NCBI RefSeq assembly: GCF_000143415.4
Contig: NW_003314262.1
Location: forward strand, 1,929,046 to 1,993,045
Origin: Selaginella moellendorffii
Lineage: Eukaryota > Plantae > Lycopodiophyta
DNA: 64,000 nt
Reading direction: 5' to 3'
Below the pieces are notes generated by a model. That model was not told the origin of the DNA, ran no database searches, and worked only from the letters and a program-made list of their open reading frames with translations. This document shows positions 48,901 to 61,500 of the stretch, one piece after another. Position numbers and translations under genes: made by a program. How positions within the stretch are numbered: position 1 is the first letter of the stretch; each line of letters starts with the position of its first letter.

Positions 48901-50493
48901 TAGGGTACAAAAATGTGATTTATTAGTGCTAAGAATATCGCTAGTGCATTGCACAGCCCAAAGAGCATTATTAGAAACTCAAAGCTTTTATACCTTGTCC
49001 AATAAGTTGCCTTTTCAACATCTTCCTCTGCTACCTTGATTTAGTAGTACTCTAACCTAGGTCAATCCTCGAGAAATATTTTGCTTTTCTTAGCCTATTG
49101 ACTAGGTTGTCAATGCTTAGTAAAGGGTACTTCTTCTTCTTTGTATACTTGTTGAGCAACTAATAATCTATGCACAAACACATAGAGCTATTTTTCTTTT
49201 TTACAAATAACACCAGTGCCCCATACAGCGACTTGCTTAGCCTAATATACCTTTTTTCCACCAACTCAAGTTAGCACTTGAGCTCTTCAAGTTTCTTTTC
49301 ATTCAACTGATAGGGGGGATGAACCATCGCCTTAACACTATTGACTAGCTCGATCTTATATTCTATCGGTTGTGTGAGGGGTAACCTTGCTGATAACTCT
49401 TTTAGTATAGTATCTTGAAATTGGTCTAACATCTATTGGATCACTAAAGTTATTTTTTTTATTCTCATCTTTTTGTCACTCCTCACTGAGAGTAAACACA
49501 AAAATACTACTTTGGTTCCTTTAGTGAGTTGTCCTCTCGTAAACACCAAGTTTAAGTAAGAGTCTTTGGCCTTACTTTGCCCTACCTTTAAATCCTTGGC
49601 CTACATCCTAGACTTAGTATTATCTGTCAAGTATGGTTTAGCATATGGGGCTTTCTCTGAGCTCGGTAACTGCAACACTTAAAAGTAATCTTTTATATCA
49701 TAAAATCAATTCTCCACCATCTTATAGTCATTCAATCCCTTGAAGATCGGTAGGGGCTTTGGTTTGTACTTGGAAATTATTTGAGGGATTGATTCCACTT
49801 TAATTTTTTTGATTTTATTCAGTTCCACTTTAGTCCTCGCCAAAAGGTCCATGCATTTTGCACTATAAACATCTACAGTCTTTTGCTTTTTCTTTCGCTT
49901 TTTGTCACATTTTAGCTTGCATACAAAGGTTTCCAACAAGGCATTGGTCTATGCCAAATATCCATCTAAAACATCCAATTGAACCTTGTACAACTAAACC
50001 TCACCACCAAACTCTTGTTTGGAAGTTTCCTCACTAGAGTCTCCTCATGCAAGGATTTCTTATAAATAACTTCTTATTCAACTAGAGACTCCAACTTTGG
50101 AAGAGGTTCCATCTCTGCCTTAGTTTTCTTATGCCTTGCCTTAGCCATCTCCTAGTAATCTACCTCTATCCTTTACTAGAACTAAAGAAAAGGCTTTGAT
50201 ACTAAATTGTAAGCTATAAATTTTTCTTTTCTAATTTGCTAATTTACTTCGTCTATCCGACCACTATGACCTTGGCTTTAGTTAAGTTCCCTTGCTAAAA
50301 TTCCCGCTTATTATACTAACTTCTACTCGGTCCTATTTAGTTTCAGCAACTCACTATATGAATAATAGAGCATTAGCCATTCATCTATAAATTCTGAAAT
50401 TCTCTCCCAATCCCCCTTCCTAGGTTAACTTGGACTTAAGGTTCGGCTACATTCCCCACAAGCACAAGTAGCCAAGCACACCAAGCCTCTAGG

Positions 50494-53400
50494 TGTGAGA
50501 CAAAAAATCCCTAAGCCCCAAAATGGAGCCGGAAGGGTGCCATGTGGTAGTGGCCAAAGCGAAAGCTAAACGAGCATAACACGTTTGGACTAAAAGCTCT
50601 AATTTGAAAGGTCGAGAGTGGGAGTGGAACTCCCAACAAAGTGCTCGAGGAACGAACACGAAGCGAGCAATAAGCGAGGCTCCAAAAAGGAACCGAAAAG
50701 GACCAACACATGACACGTGGAAGTGTCCGAGATGGAGTCCGAGATGGACCCGAGTTGGAGGCCAAGGTGGACTCGAGATGGAGTCCGAGATGGACCCGAG
50801 ATGAAGTTTGAGATGGAGTTTGAGATGGACCTGAGATGGAGTTCAAGATGGACCCGAGATGGAGTCCAAGATGGACCCAAGATGGAGTCCGAGATGAAGT
50901 CTGAGATGGACCCGAGATGGAGTCTGAGATGGAGTCCGAGATGGAGTCTGAGATGGACTCGAGATGGAGTCCGAGATAGAGGCCAAGATGGACCCAAGAT
51001 GGTGTCCAAGATGGAGTCCAAGATGGACCCGAGATGGAGTCCAAGATGGAGTCCGAGATGGAACCGAGACCGGGATCGAGACCGAGATCGAGACCGAGTC
51101 CAAGTTCAAAACCAAGACTGGGATTGAGTCTGAGTCCGAGTCCGAGTCCGAATACTAATATAGGCTGTTGGGTGAAAGCCCAAAGCGATCGTCCCCCGGG
51201 GGGGGGGGGGGGGGGGAGCCCAGTGGAGCCAATTTGGCCCAAGAAGGCCATACCCAGTGTTGGGTGATGAATTGACCATTGGGGAGTCCAAGACTAAAGT
51301 GAATATGGACCGACAGGGGTAGTTTGGTGAAGTGTTCAAAAGTCGGCTCTAGTTCCCCTGGGAGATCGAATGGTCGATGCTCCAAGTCCAAGTGTGGGTC
51401 GTACTACCTACTTGGATACCAGGCATGGCTCAACAGAACCTCGCTCTAAGCCCATGGCTAGAACACCCAAAGGTGGAAGGCAGGGAGAGTACCCATGAGG
51501 TTCGCATAGGGCCACGGTGTTTCAAAATGTTGTCCTAAAGGCCCAAACTGTAGAAAGGAAGAAGAGTAATCCTCTGGTGTAGTGACCAAGGATAAAGTTG
51601 GGTGGTGAGGAAGTCTTAGAGGACCGTGGGACATAGTGGTCGGGCCTATGGGCCTCGATCCAGTGGCAGTGTTGGTGAACATGGCCATGGGCAGAAAGGG
51701 ACTTGGTGGGGACTAGAAAAAGGATATTGGGGAATGCAATTCCCCATGTTTGTAGGCATTTTAAGGATGCTAAGGAGTGGATCTGGGGTGATCACTCATG
51801 GATGGATGGCCCAGTCCTTGAGAGATGGGACTGGGATGTAGGTGGTGTTAGACCACTAGTGTGACCAAGGTGAAGAGGCATGGCTTTAGCATAACATGCT
51901 GATATGTCGATGGTACCTAGGGGTGTCGGTTATGGGATTGGACACGTAGAGCATTTAGACCAAGTGCAAAGGTTGAGTGGCGGGGATGCCATTCTCAGGG
52001 CTAGCAAGCCTAAGTCCGAAATAGGACTTATAGAGGTTGTGAATGAGACTCCTCCAAGTGGTCAGAGGTGTGGTTAAGTGACTAAAGTAGAATAGAAAAT
52101 TTAGTCACTTACAACTTGGTATTTGAGCTGTTCCTTAGTTTGACTTTTATTGGTGTTCAAGTATATCACCATTGATATTGGCATTGGAAGGTCCTAAGAG
52201 TGGGCCTATCCTTGAGGAGTAGCATGTCGAGAGGACATGGCTCTCCACTCAAGTTCATGCGTGAACTTGGGCGCGATTTGGGATAATAAGGGAACGACTT
52301 TGGGATCTTGGGAACAGTATAAGGGTTTCTTCAGAGAGTTGAGGATGTGATCCAGATGAGTGTTTGACGTAGCCAATTGGTTAATGTAGTTGTGGTAAAC
52401 AACTATATTTGGGATCACAGGAAGATAGAGACTCCAAAGCAATAAAGGAGTCACAAGATTATCCTCATATAGTTGAGGTTGGTGCTCATGAATGTGAGAC
52501 CAGAAGTAATGACCACAGAAGGTCAAATACAGAAAAAGATACAAGTCCTTGAAATGGTAGCCAGGGCTACCTTTAATAAATGCTAGAACAACACAAGGAG
52601 TTGGGGGTGTACTCAAAGGATGAGTTGGTATTCTCATCACATGGACAAGTGGTCCTAAGGGGCAAAAGGTTGCCCCAAGAGAACAAATCAAGTGTCAGAG
52701 TAACACTTGCAAAGATGGTCTTTGTGAGTAGAACTTGAATACAAGAAGTTGTATTCTAGTGAGCTGACACCTCAAAGGTAGGACTTCACGGGTCGTTAGA
52801 TGACAAAGTCCAAAAAGCTGGATGACTCAAATAGAGTCAAGGAATAATCTTAAAGGATTGATGGAAGCATTTGGACTGAGGTGTGTTGTACCTCACAAAG
52901 GATGGGGGGGATCATAGAATCCAAAGTATGAGAACAAAGGGTATCTCATCAATGGCAAAATGTGTTATACTAAAGTCATAAGAAAGGTGTTCCCTAAAAA
53001 GAAAACAACTTTGACATAGAGTTGTGTGTGAACACTATGATGCACTGCTAACTGATAGTTGGCATGAGAAACGACTGCTTTGGTCTTGGCAAAGACCCCG
53101 ACACAAGTGGGGAGTGTCGTAAAGGTAGGCTTGTAGAGTCGAGGGTGTGGAGATACAGAATGTGCCAAGGCGTGTTGCCTTGAGGTCAAGTTGGTGGGTT
53201 TATAAAAACCCTTTCCTAGAGGAATCCTAATGGAAATGGGAATGGCATGGCCTAAGCTGGAAGGCATATAGTTGGAGTGTGGTGACCCAAATAATGATGA
53301 AAGTGTGGAAACACCAAGCAATGAGTTGTAGGAGTTGACAACTATGGGGCAATTAAGCAAGAGGTGCAAGATAATTGGTTAAACGGGTAGAAGGTAGCTA

Positions 53401-56400
53401 CCCAAGACTTCTTAATGTTATAAGGAAGTTAGATATACCCTTACAGGGGATAAATTGTTTATGTTGCAATATAGTGAATCAATGTCAAGAAAGGAAATGC
53501 TCATTGTCAAGGAGACCATCATTAGGACACCCAAACACTCTAGAACACTAGAAGGTGGTGTTTAGTGTTGCGAGGGCAATAGATAAGGCCCAAAGGACTA
53601 AGTCCTTAGCGAATGATGAATAAAAGATGCTACCCAAATATTCAAAATTGGGAGACAAGAGAAGACTATTTACCCGAATTGGACAAAGCCAAAATGGAAT
53701 TTTGGCAAGGCTAGTGATGGGCATATAAAAGCCTATAAGTAGCAATGTTAATCCTGGTGTGTGGGATTATAAGTTGAGCATACCCGGATTGAGGAACCAC
53801 TCCCTAGGTTATCGGGTAGATTCATCTCTAAGAATACTTGCTACAACATAGTAGAAAGTGCAAAACTATCCTCCTAGTTTGGAGGAGAATAACTGAAAGA
53901 AATGTGTGAGGCCAAAAGTAAGTAGTAAGGGAATAGAACCAAACCATAGGAATTGAATTGCATAACCGCAGGTGGTTATGCCAGTGGAGAATCAAGTGGG
54001 TGCTCAAGCATGTTGTTATTAGCAAATGTGATGTCATTGAGAGTCTAAAGCATGGAATTGTCCATGTTAGACATATGGCAATTAAAAAGCTTGCGAAAGG
54101 AGAGGCCTTAGCAAGTTAAGGGACAGAGTTCCTTCAAAGGTTCCCAAAGACAATTTTAGGTAACGTAGTACCTAGAAAGCCAAGAGTAAATGGTTCAAAG
54201 GATGCGCAAAATCAAAGTGGCGCAGCAGAAGCGTGGCCTTGAAGCTTGCCATAACGCAATGCTATCAAGGTGGGGAAGNNNNNNNNNNNNNNNNNNNNNN
54301 NNNNNNNNNNNNNNNNNNNNNNNNNNNNNNNNNNNNNNNNNNNNNNNNNNNNNNNNNNNNNNNNNNNNNNNNNNNNNNNNNNNNNNNNNNNNNNNNNNNN
54401 NNNNNNNNNNNNNNNNNNNNNNNNNNNNNNNNNNNNNNNNNNNNNNNNNNNNNNNNNNNNNNNNNNNNNNNNNNNNNNNNNNNNNNNNNNNNNNNNNNNN
54501 NNNNNNNNNNNNNNNNNNNNNNNNNNNNNNNNNNNNNNNNNNNNNNNNNNNNNNNNNNNNNNNNNNNNNNNNNNNNNNNNNNNNNNNNNNNNNNNNNNNN
54601 NNNNNNNNNNNNNNNNNNNNNNNNNNNNNNNNNNNNNNNNNNNNNNNNNNNNNNNNNNNNNNNNNNNNNNNNNNNNNNNNNNNNNNNNNNNNNNNNNNNN
54701 NNNNNNNNNNNNAAAAAGAAAAAAAAAAAAGGTATCAAAGGGTGGCGGCAGACGGCAGTGCAGCTTGGGAGTTACCGTTGTCATAATGTCAGCTTTCGAG
54801 AACTTTACACTTATGCATGAAACTATGTTATATTGGTCAGATGACTTGCTAAGTGAAATTGACAAGTCAGGGGCCTAGTTGAAGGTGCTAACTTCAAAAG
54901 GGGTGGCCCATGAAGCCAAGTATGGAGGAGTCCATGCATGATCACAAACTTGTCAAGTGAGAGGACTTGGCAGTGCGGAGGAACTAGGTTCCTAAGCTGT
55001 AATTTATAATGCACTTTAACTATAAGTTGGTGCACTGATGTGGGAAGTCACGCTAGACATATTGGATGATGCCTTCCGTAGATGCATATACGGAGGTTGG
55101 GTTCGAGTCCCAACCCTCTAGTGCTTGGGTTTGAGTCCCAACTCACTAGGGCGCGGTGATGGTTTGAAATATGAGGACACTCATTTTTCGGCGGTTATGG
55201 ACTCTCAGTGAGGAGACTAACTTGGGCACACCGCCAAACGGGGGATACCCCGAAGTTGTGATGCATGGTTAGATTGCTTAGTGTGGCTTAGCATATCTAA
55301 CTTGGACACTTTGGTGCGAGTGGCACCAAGGACGTGGTGAATGAGATGGGGACACCCAGTCTCAATTGGTATGGACCCTTAGTCGGAAGGGCTAGCTTGG
55401 GAGCACCGCCAAGTGTGGGGGATGCCCCTGGGGTCATGGTGAACAATTTAAAGGTCTGGATGACTTATACCTATTGGCAAACTTATTAAGGTGCCAAAGT
55501 TAGATCATAAGGTGATCTTATGGCTAAAACAAAGACAAGATTCTTATGAGGTAAAAGGGATAAGGTTCTTAGTTCAAAGTGTTGACTTGAACTATTGATA
55601 ATGGTGTGGCTTGGTTAAGGTGACCAAGTGGGAAGAACACCTAAGAGAAATGATCTGTGGCAATGCGATGGCATAGCGAGTCCGAAGAAAGTAGTCTCTA
55701 TAAGAGACCCATGGGAGGGTCACAAAGTTGGGCTAGGGATAGAGCCCATAGCAAAAAATGCTAAAGAGACTTACTAGGGGTAAACACCCTTTGGACTTAG
55801 CAAAGCAAAATCTTTGCTATGGAACCAAGATGATACCTCGAGAATGGAGGTAGTGATCTGGTGTTGCTAGGTGCAACAATCAAGGATAGGAGCAAAAGAT
55901 TAGTGGCTAAGAAAAGTGGGAAAAAATCTAAAAGGCAAAGTTAGGCCAGAAACACTAATGTGTTAGGTGCTAACGAATTGTGGGAAAGGCAATATGTTTC
56001 CAAGGATAGATTCCCAATTGCTCCGATTTGGCGAAAGTAAAAGCTCCAAAGGAAGGAGCGGTAAAGTGGCCAAATGATAGGGCTATGGACAGCCCTAGCA
56101 CAAAGTATGATAACTGGAACTTAGTGCCCAAGGTGGCATGAAATAGAAGAGAGGATGATGGTGCCCTCAAGTAGAGAACTTTTTAAGATGGGGAAGTGGA
56201 GTTGCACAATATATGCAATGCAAAGTGTCAGAGACACCTAGGAAATTGGTCAAAAGTAAAAGTTCCAAAGCGCAAGGGTTATATCGATGGAAACTGAGAC
56301 TACTTGAGAAGGAGTAGTGGATTGAGATAGAGACGGTGTCTCTAACAGGTTTAGCGAGGACTGAATCATTAAACGGGGAGAACCACCACAAGTGGTCGAA

Positions 56401-58109
56401 TAAGTCTCTAATTTGGAGAGACTATGCTCTTTAGAAGATGGGCAAGGCATGGTGAGCCTTCAGTATCAAACCATTGACGAATATTGGTGAGAAATGAAAC
56501 CAATAGAAACGGTAATACAAGTTGGTTTTATTTTATAAAATAGTTTATCGTTCAATGAGGACATTGAACTTCGTCTATGGGTGGTGGAGTTGTGAGACAC
56601 AAAATCTCTAGGCCCCAAAGTGGAGCCGGAAGGGTGCCATGTGGTAGTGGCCGAAGTGAAAGCCAAACGAATGTAACACATTTGGACCAAAAGCTCCGAT
56701 TTGAAAGGTCGAGAGCGGGAGTGGAACTCCCAACAAAGTGCTCGAGGAACAAGCACGAAGCGAGCAATAAGCAAGGCTCCAAAAAGGGACCCAAAAGGAC
56801 TAACACATGACACGTGGAAGTGTTTGAGATGGAGTCCGAGATGGACTTGAGTTGGAGGCCGAGGTGGACCCGAGTTGGAGGCCGAGGTGGACCCGAGATG
56901 GAATCCGAGCTGGACCTGAGATGGAGTCCGAGATGGAGTTCGAGATGGACTCGAGATGGAGTCTGAGATGGATTCCGAGATGGACCCGAGATGGAGTTTG
57001 AGATGGAGTCCGAGATGGACCCGAGATGGAGTCTGAGATGGACCCAAGATGGAGTCCGAGATGGAACCGAGACCGGGACTGAGACTGAGACCGAGACCGA
57101 GACTGAGTCCAAGTCCAAAACTAGGACCAGGACCGAGTCCGAGTCTGAGTCCAAGTCCGAATACTAATACAGGCTATTTAGTGAAAGCCCGAACCGATCG
57201 TCCCCCGGTGGGGGGGGAGCCCAGTGGAGCCAGTTTGGCCCAGGAAGGCCATACCTAGTGTTGGGTGATGAGCTGACCACTGGGAAGTCCAAGACTAGAG
57301 TGAATACGGATTGACAAACGGGGTAACTTGGTGAAGTGTTCAAGAGCTGGCTCTAGTTCCCCCGGGAGATCAAATAGTCGATGCTCCCAGTCCAAATGTG
57401 GGTTGCACTAACTACTTGGATATCGGGCGTGGCTCAACGGAACCCTGCTCTAAGCCCATAGCTAGAACACCCAAAGGTGGAAGGTGGGGAGAGTACCCAT
57501 GAGGTTTGCGTAGGGCCACGGTGTTTCGAAATGTTGTCCCAAAGGCCCAGACTGTGGGAAGGAAAAGGAGTAGTCCTTTGGTGTAGTGACCAAGGATACA
57601 GTCAGGTGGTGAGGAAGTCCCAAAGGACCGTGGGACTTAGTGGTTGGGCCTGTGGGCCTCGATCCAGTGGCAGTGTTGGCGAACACGGCCATGGGCAGAA
57701 AGGGACTTGGTGGGGACCGGAAGAGGGATATTGGGGAATGCAATTCCCCATGTCTGTGGGCATCCTAAAGATGCTAAGGAGTGGATCTGGGGTGATCACT
57801 GATGGCCTAGTCCTTGAGAGACGAGACTAGGATGCAGGTGGTGTTAGACCACTGGTGTGACCAAGGTGAAGGGGCATGGCCTTAGCATAACATGCTGATA
57901 TGTCAATAGTACCTGGGGGTGTCGGTCATGGGATCGGACACATGGAGCACTTGGACCAAGTGCAAAGGTTGAGTGGCGGGGATGCCATTCTCGGGGCTAG
58001 CAAGCCCAAGTCCAAAATAGGACTTATGGAGGTTGTGAGTGAGACTCCTCCAAGTGGTCGAAGGTGTGGTTAGGTAACTAAAGTAGAATGAAAAATTTAG
58101 TCGCTTACA
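50494..58109 (+). mobile_element. Non-autonomous LTR element (LARD-like), copy 2
   Basis: LTRs 50494-52113 and 56591-58109; TSD CTAGG; PBS remnant tggtatttgagc; interior colinear with copy 1; contains an assembly gap. Confidence 0.85.
54279..54712. other. Assembly gap (N run)
   Basis: Run of Ns. Confidence 1.
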
Positions 58110-58556
58110 CTAGGTTCTTAATATCGTTTGGTATAACAAGACTTGATCATGGAACCCTCTAAATCCCAACCCTTAAGTGCAACACTTGCTTCGGGACATG
58201 GTCTTGGACTCAGTTTCGGACTCGGTCTCGTACTCGGTCTCGAACTCAATCTCAAACTTAGTCTCAGAGTCAGTATTGGACTCGATCTCAGACTCAGTCT
58301 CATCCGATAAACTCTTTATAATTTTGGTCATGCTCTCAAAGATCCTTTAGATTAGGACACCTTAAGAAGTTGGCTCCTTACACAAAGATGAACTACTTCA
58401 TAATAGATAATGAATGTCTAGTAGTAGTTTAGGGTTTTAAGAACTCTATGTGTACTTGCATAGTTCTTAGATGCTACTAAAGGATGATCATTTTGTTGTC
58501 ATTTTATTGCTAAAGTAAAAGAACTAGATTGGCTATATTGCTTAATAAGCCTTGAA

Positions 58557-61500
58557 AAGCTCTATTTCGTTAAAGTGGGAATTGTCATTATCCCACTTGT
58601 AAAATAAGGTTTCCAAACCTTTATATAGTATATAAATATAACAAAATTCAACTGCATTGAGGCACATGCCATTTTATTTTAAACAAGGAAATGTCTACTC
58701 AATCACTTCTCCTCCCCTGCCACTGCTTCACCTCTCTCTTCTCCTTGTCATTATCGTCTAATTTCTTTCCATCCTTTTAATATTGGCTCAATTGCTTCGA
58801 GTCTAGGTGGAGCCCAAGTCCCCATTCAATCTTTACTTTCCCCTTATTAATAAAACAACTTCGTAGACTTCCAATAACATGCTGTAACACTTCTAGTATA
58901 ATGCAAATCCTCTCAAAGAATTGTCTTTTAATATTAATACAATGGCATGGAACCCCATGCCATAATAAGTTACATTTTTAAATAAATACATGCCATCTCA
59001 GACTGTTATTTTTTGCCTCCAACGCCTATACAATAATCTTGAAATTTCATCACTCTCCACACTATCAGGATTTAAACCCAATAGTAATGCCATCTCTTCT
59101 CTAATACGTCCACGCTCATGTTCAGTGGTCGAAGAACCCATCCGGTTGAGCAGATTATGGAGATGCAGATAGTGCTTGGCTAGACAATATACATGCCATA
59201 AATTATGACTGGTGTCTGTCCGATCAAATGGCTTCTGATATACCGTTCCATCTACCATTTGGTTGATTTCTGTAGCCACCTCCTGGACTAGCCGGTTCTC
59301 TATCACCATCGCTCCAAGCCGTTTTGCAAGGTCCCCCAGAACATACGATTTCTTCTCCCTAGTTTCCATACTGCAAGAGATGGGGTGCACTGCATATGTG
59401 TGCGTGTTCACTGCAGTTTTAATCGGCGAGTCATCGATGATGAGGATTTCACTTGAGCTAGCAGTCCGGTTCATCGCTACAGCCTCTGGCTTGACGAAGA
59501 TGGGCTTGCTACCCCTCACATGTGTCGCATGGTCATTATTAGATTCCGCAGTGTCGCATGGTCATTATTAGATTCCGCAGTTTCTCCCGTGTGATTAATG
59601 TGAATTTGTCTCTTTTGACCAACTTGCGACCGTAGGCTTTGGAGGGTGCAATGACATTCGAGGACGAGCCACGCTCATGGGAGAAAAGGACACCGTTCAG
59701 ATAAAAAATGATACAGTACCTTCGCCGTGACTCTGAAATGAAATGCGTCAGCATAAAAAATGGTACAAGTCAATTTTACCATCTACAATATTAGCGAATG
59801 GTGCTCCCGATGGTCGTTGAGAGGGTTTTGGTCGAGGAAACGTGAAGGGCGGAAATACTCTCCTCTACAATGTGGGGTCAATCGCATCCGATGGCGTGTG
59901 GGCACATGCCATTTCAGCTGTAGACTCTGGTACAACTGGCTCAACAGTGGCATGGGGTGGTTCCGATGGCGTGTGATCACACGCCATTTCAGCTGGTGCC
60001 TCCGTTGGCAAAGTGGACATGACCGAACAGGCAGCAGGGGCGGTGTAGGGAGGTTCCAACGGCGCGTAGTCAGACGATTGGGCACACGTTGAGTCCGTTG
60101 GAAATGAGGATACGACCGGCTCGGCGGCTGGGGCGGCCTCATGCGGGTCCAATGGCGCCTGGTCACCGTCAGTTGGATACGTGGACAAGATTGACTCAGT
60201 GGTATGGGCAGCATCAAGTGGAGCGTGGTCAGCTTGCTTGGCGTTGATATGGATAGTAGCCTCCACCAGCTCTGATGACTCTTGCAGGCAAGTAGAGTCC
60301 ACTGGCGGATCCATATGCATGTCCAAATATCTCCCTTCAATTGAGATGGTATCCTCCCGTGCTACTAAAAACAAACTTATTAGCACATTGAATCGACTAT
60401 ACTGTATTTACCATCAACTGCTATTGAGGAAATAGGACCGATATCACTTGGGCACACTGCTGATTCTGAAGGATTGGACATACGTTTCGACCCTTGCTTG
60501 GCACTATCCTTCCTCGACACTAAAGGCTAGAGTTTGTATCTTAATTCAACTGAATAATCTCTACTTACCATTTGCTCTACGACCTACATGGACAATGTTA
60601 GAAATGGTAAAAGGTTAGGAATGGATGTACTATTATTTACCTAATGGTTTGTCTTGTATGACCTTCCTTCGCTGCTCTTTGGCCACCTCAAGTTGGCCAT
60701 CGTTGTCATCATCATCGTCGTCGTTATTGTGATCGTCACCATTGTGAGGACCATCCAAGTCCTCTTCGTCCTCCTCTTCTTCGTCCTCCTCTTCGTCCTT
60801 CTGCTCTTCCTACTCATTATCTTTCTCTGGCTCCTCATCCCCCTCCTGCATTTCTTCCATAGGCTGCTCAAGCTGGATGGCTTGTTCTTCCAGGACCATC
60901 TTGGGAAAATCATCTGGCCGAGTCTCCATCTCAAAATACAAGACATCCATAGCCTGTTTTAGTGCGTGACCTAGGACCGTATCCTCACCCAACTGTCTTA
61001 ACATGGTTTCTGCACGTTCTTGCACCCTTCGAAGACGACGAGATGAGAAAAACGTGGCCCTGACTTGAAAAGCATCCCTCATCCATTGTACCTCTCCATT
61101 GAGATTGGGGAAGGGGAGTCCGCCATAGGAATCTGAGTCAGGAGGTGGTGACTGCCTGCCTTCACTCAGCCCTTGATCTGCAATGAATGGCATGAGCACA
61201 CACGCCATGACCGCGAGGCATTACCTATCATCTTTTTGTTGCCTTTCTTCCTTTTCGAATCAAACGCCTCTGATCCCAACGACTGTCCAACGTGCTTTCG
61301 CTTTTTATGACCACTGTCAGTTTGAGCTTGGCTGGTGCTTGGCTGTTTTGCCTTTGAAGAAGTGTCTCCTGCAAGGAATGGCATGAGACCACACGCCATT
61401 GCAAATATAATTTGTACCTCCTTTTTTCCTATTGCTTGTCTGTTTGTCCTTCTTCGACGCGCCACCAGTGCGCTTTTCAGTCCTCGTGTCTGAATATTCA

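Larger units (their letters stand above)
47643..58382 (-). mobile_element. Decayed, internally deleted chromovirus-family (family A) copy; 5' LTR interrupted by LARD copy 2
   Basis: Partial 3' LTR 47643-48394 with PPT; RT remnant 48738-49270; gag 49650-50150; 5' LTR 50208-50493 resuming at 58115-58382. Confidence 0.75.

Noticed and set aside
54190-54878. ORFs spanning the N run, and the poly-A after it
   Set aside because: Assembly-gap artefacts; flanks look like low-quality read ends.
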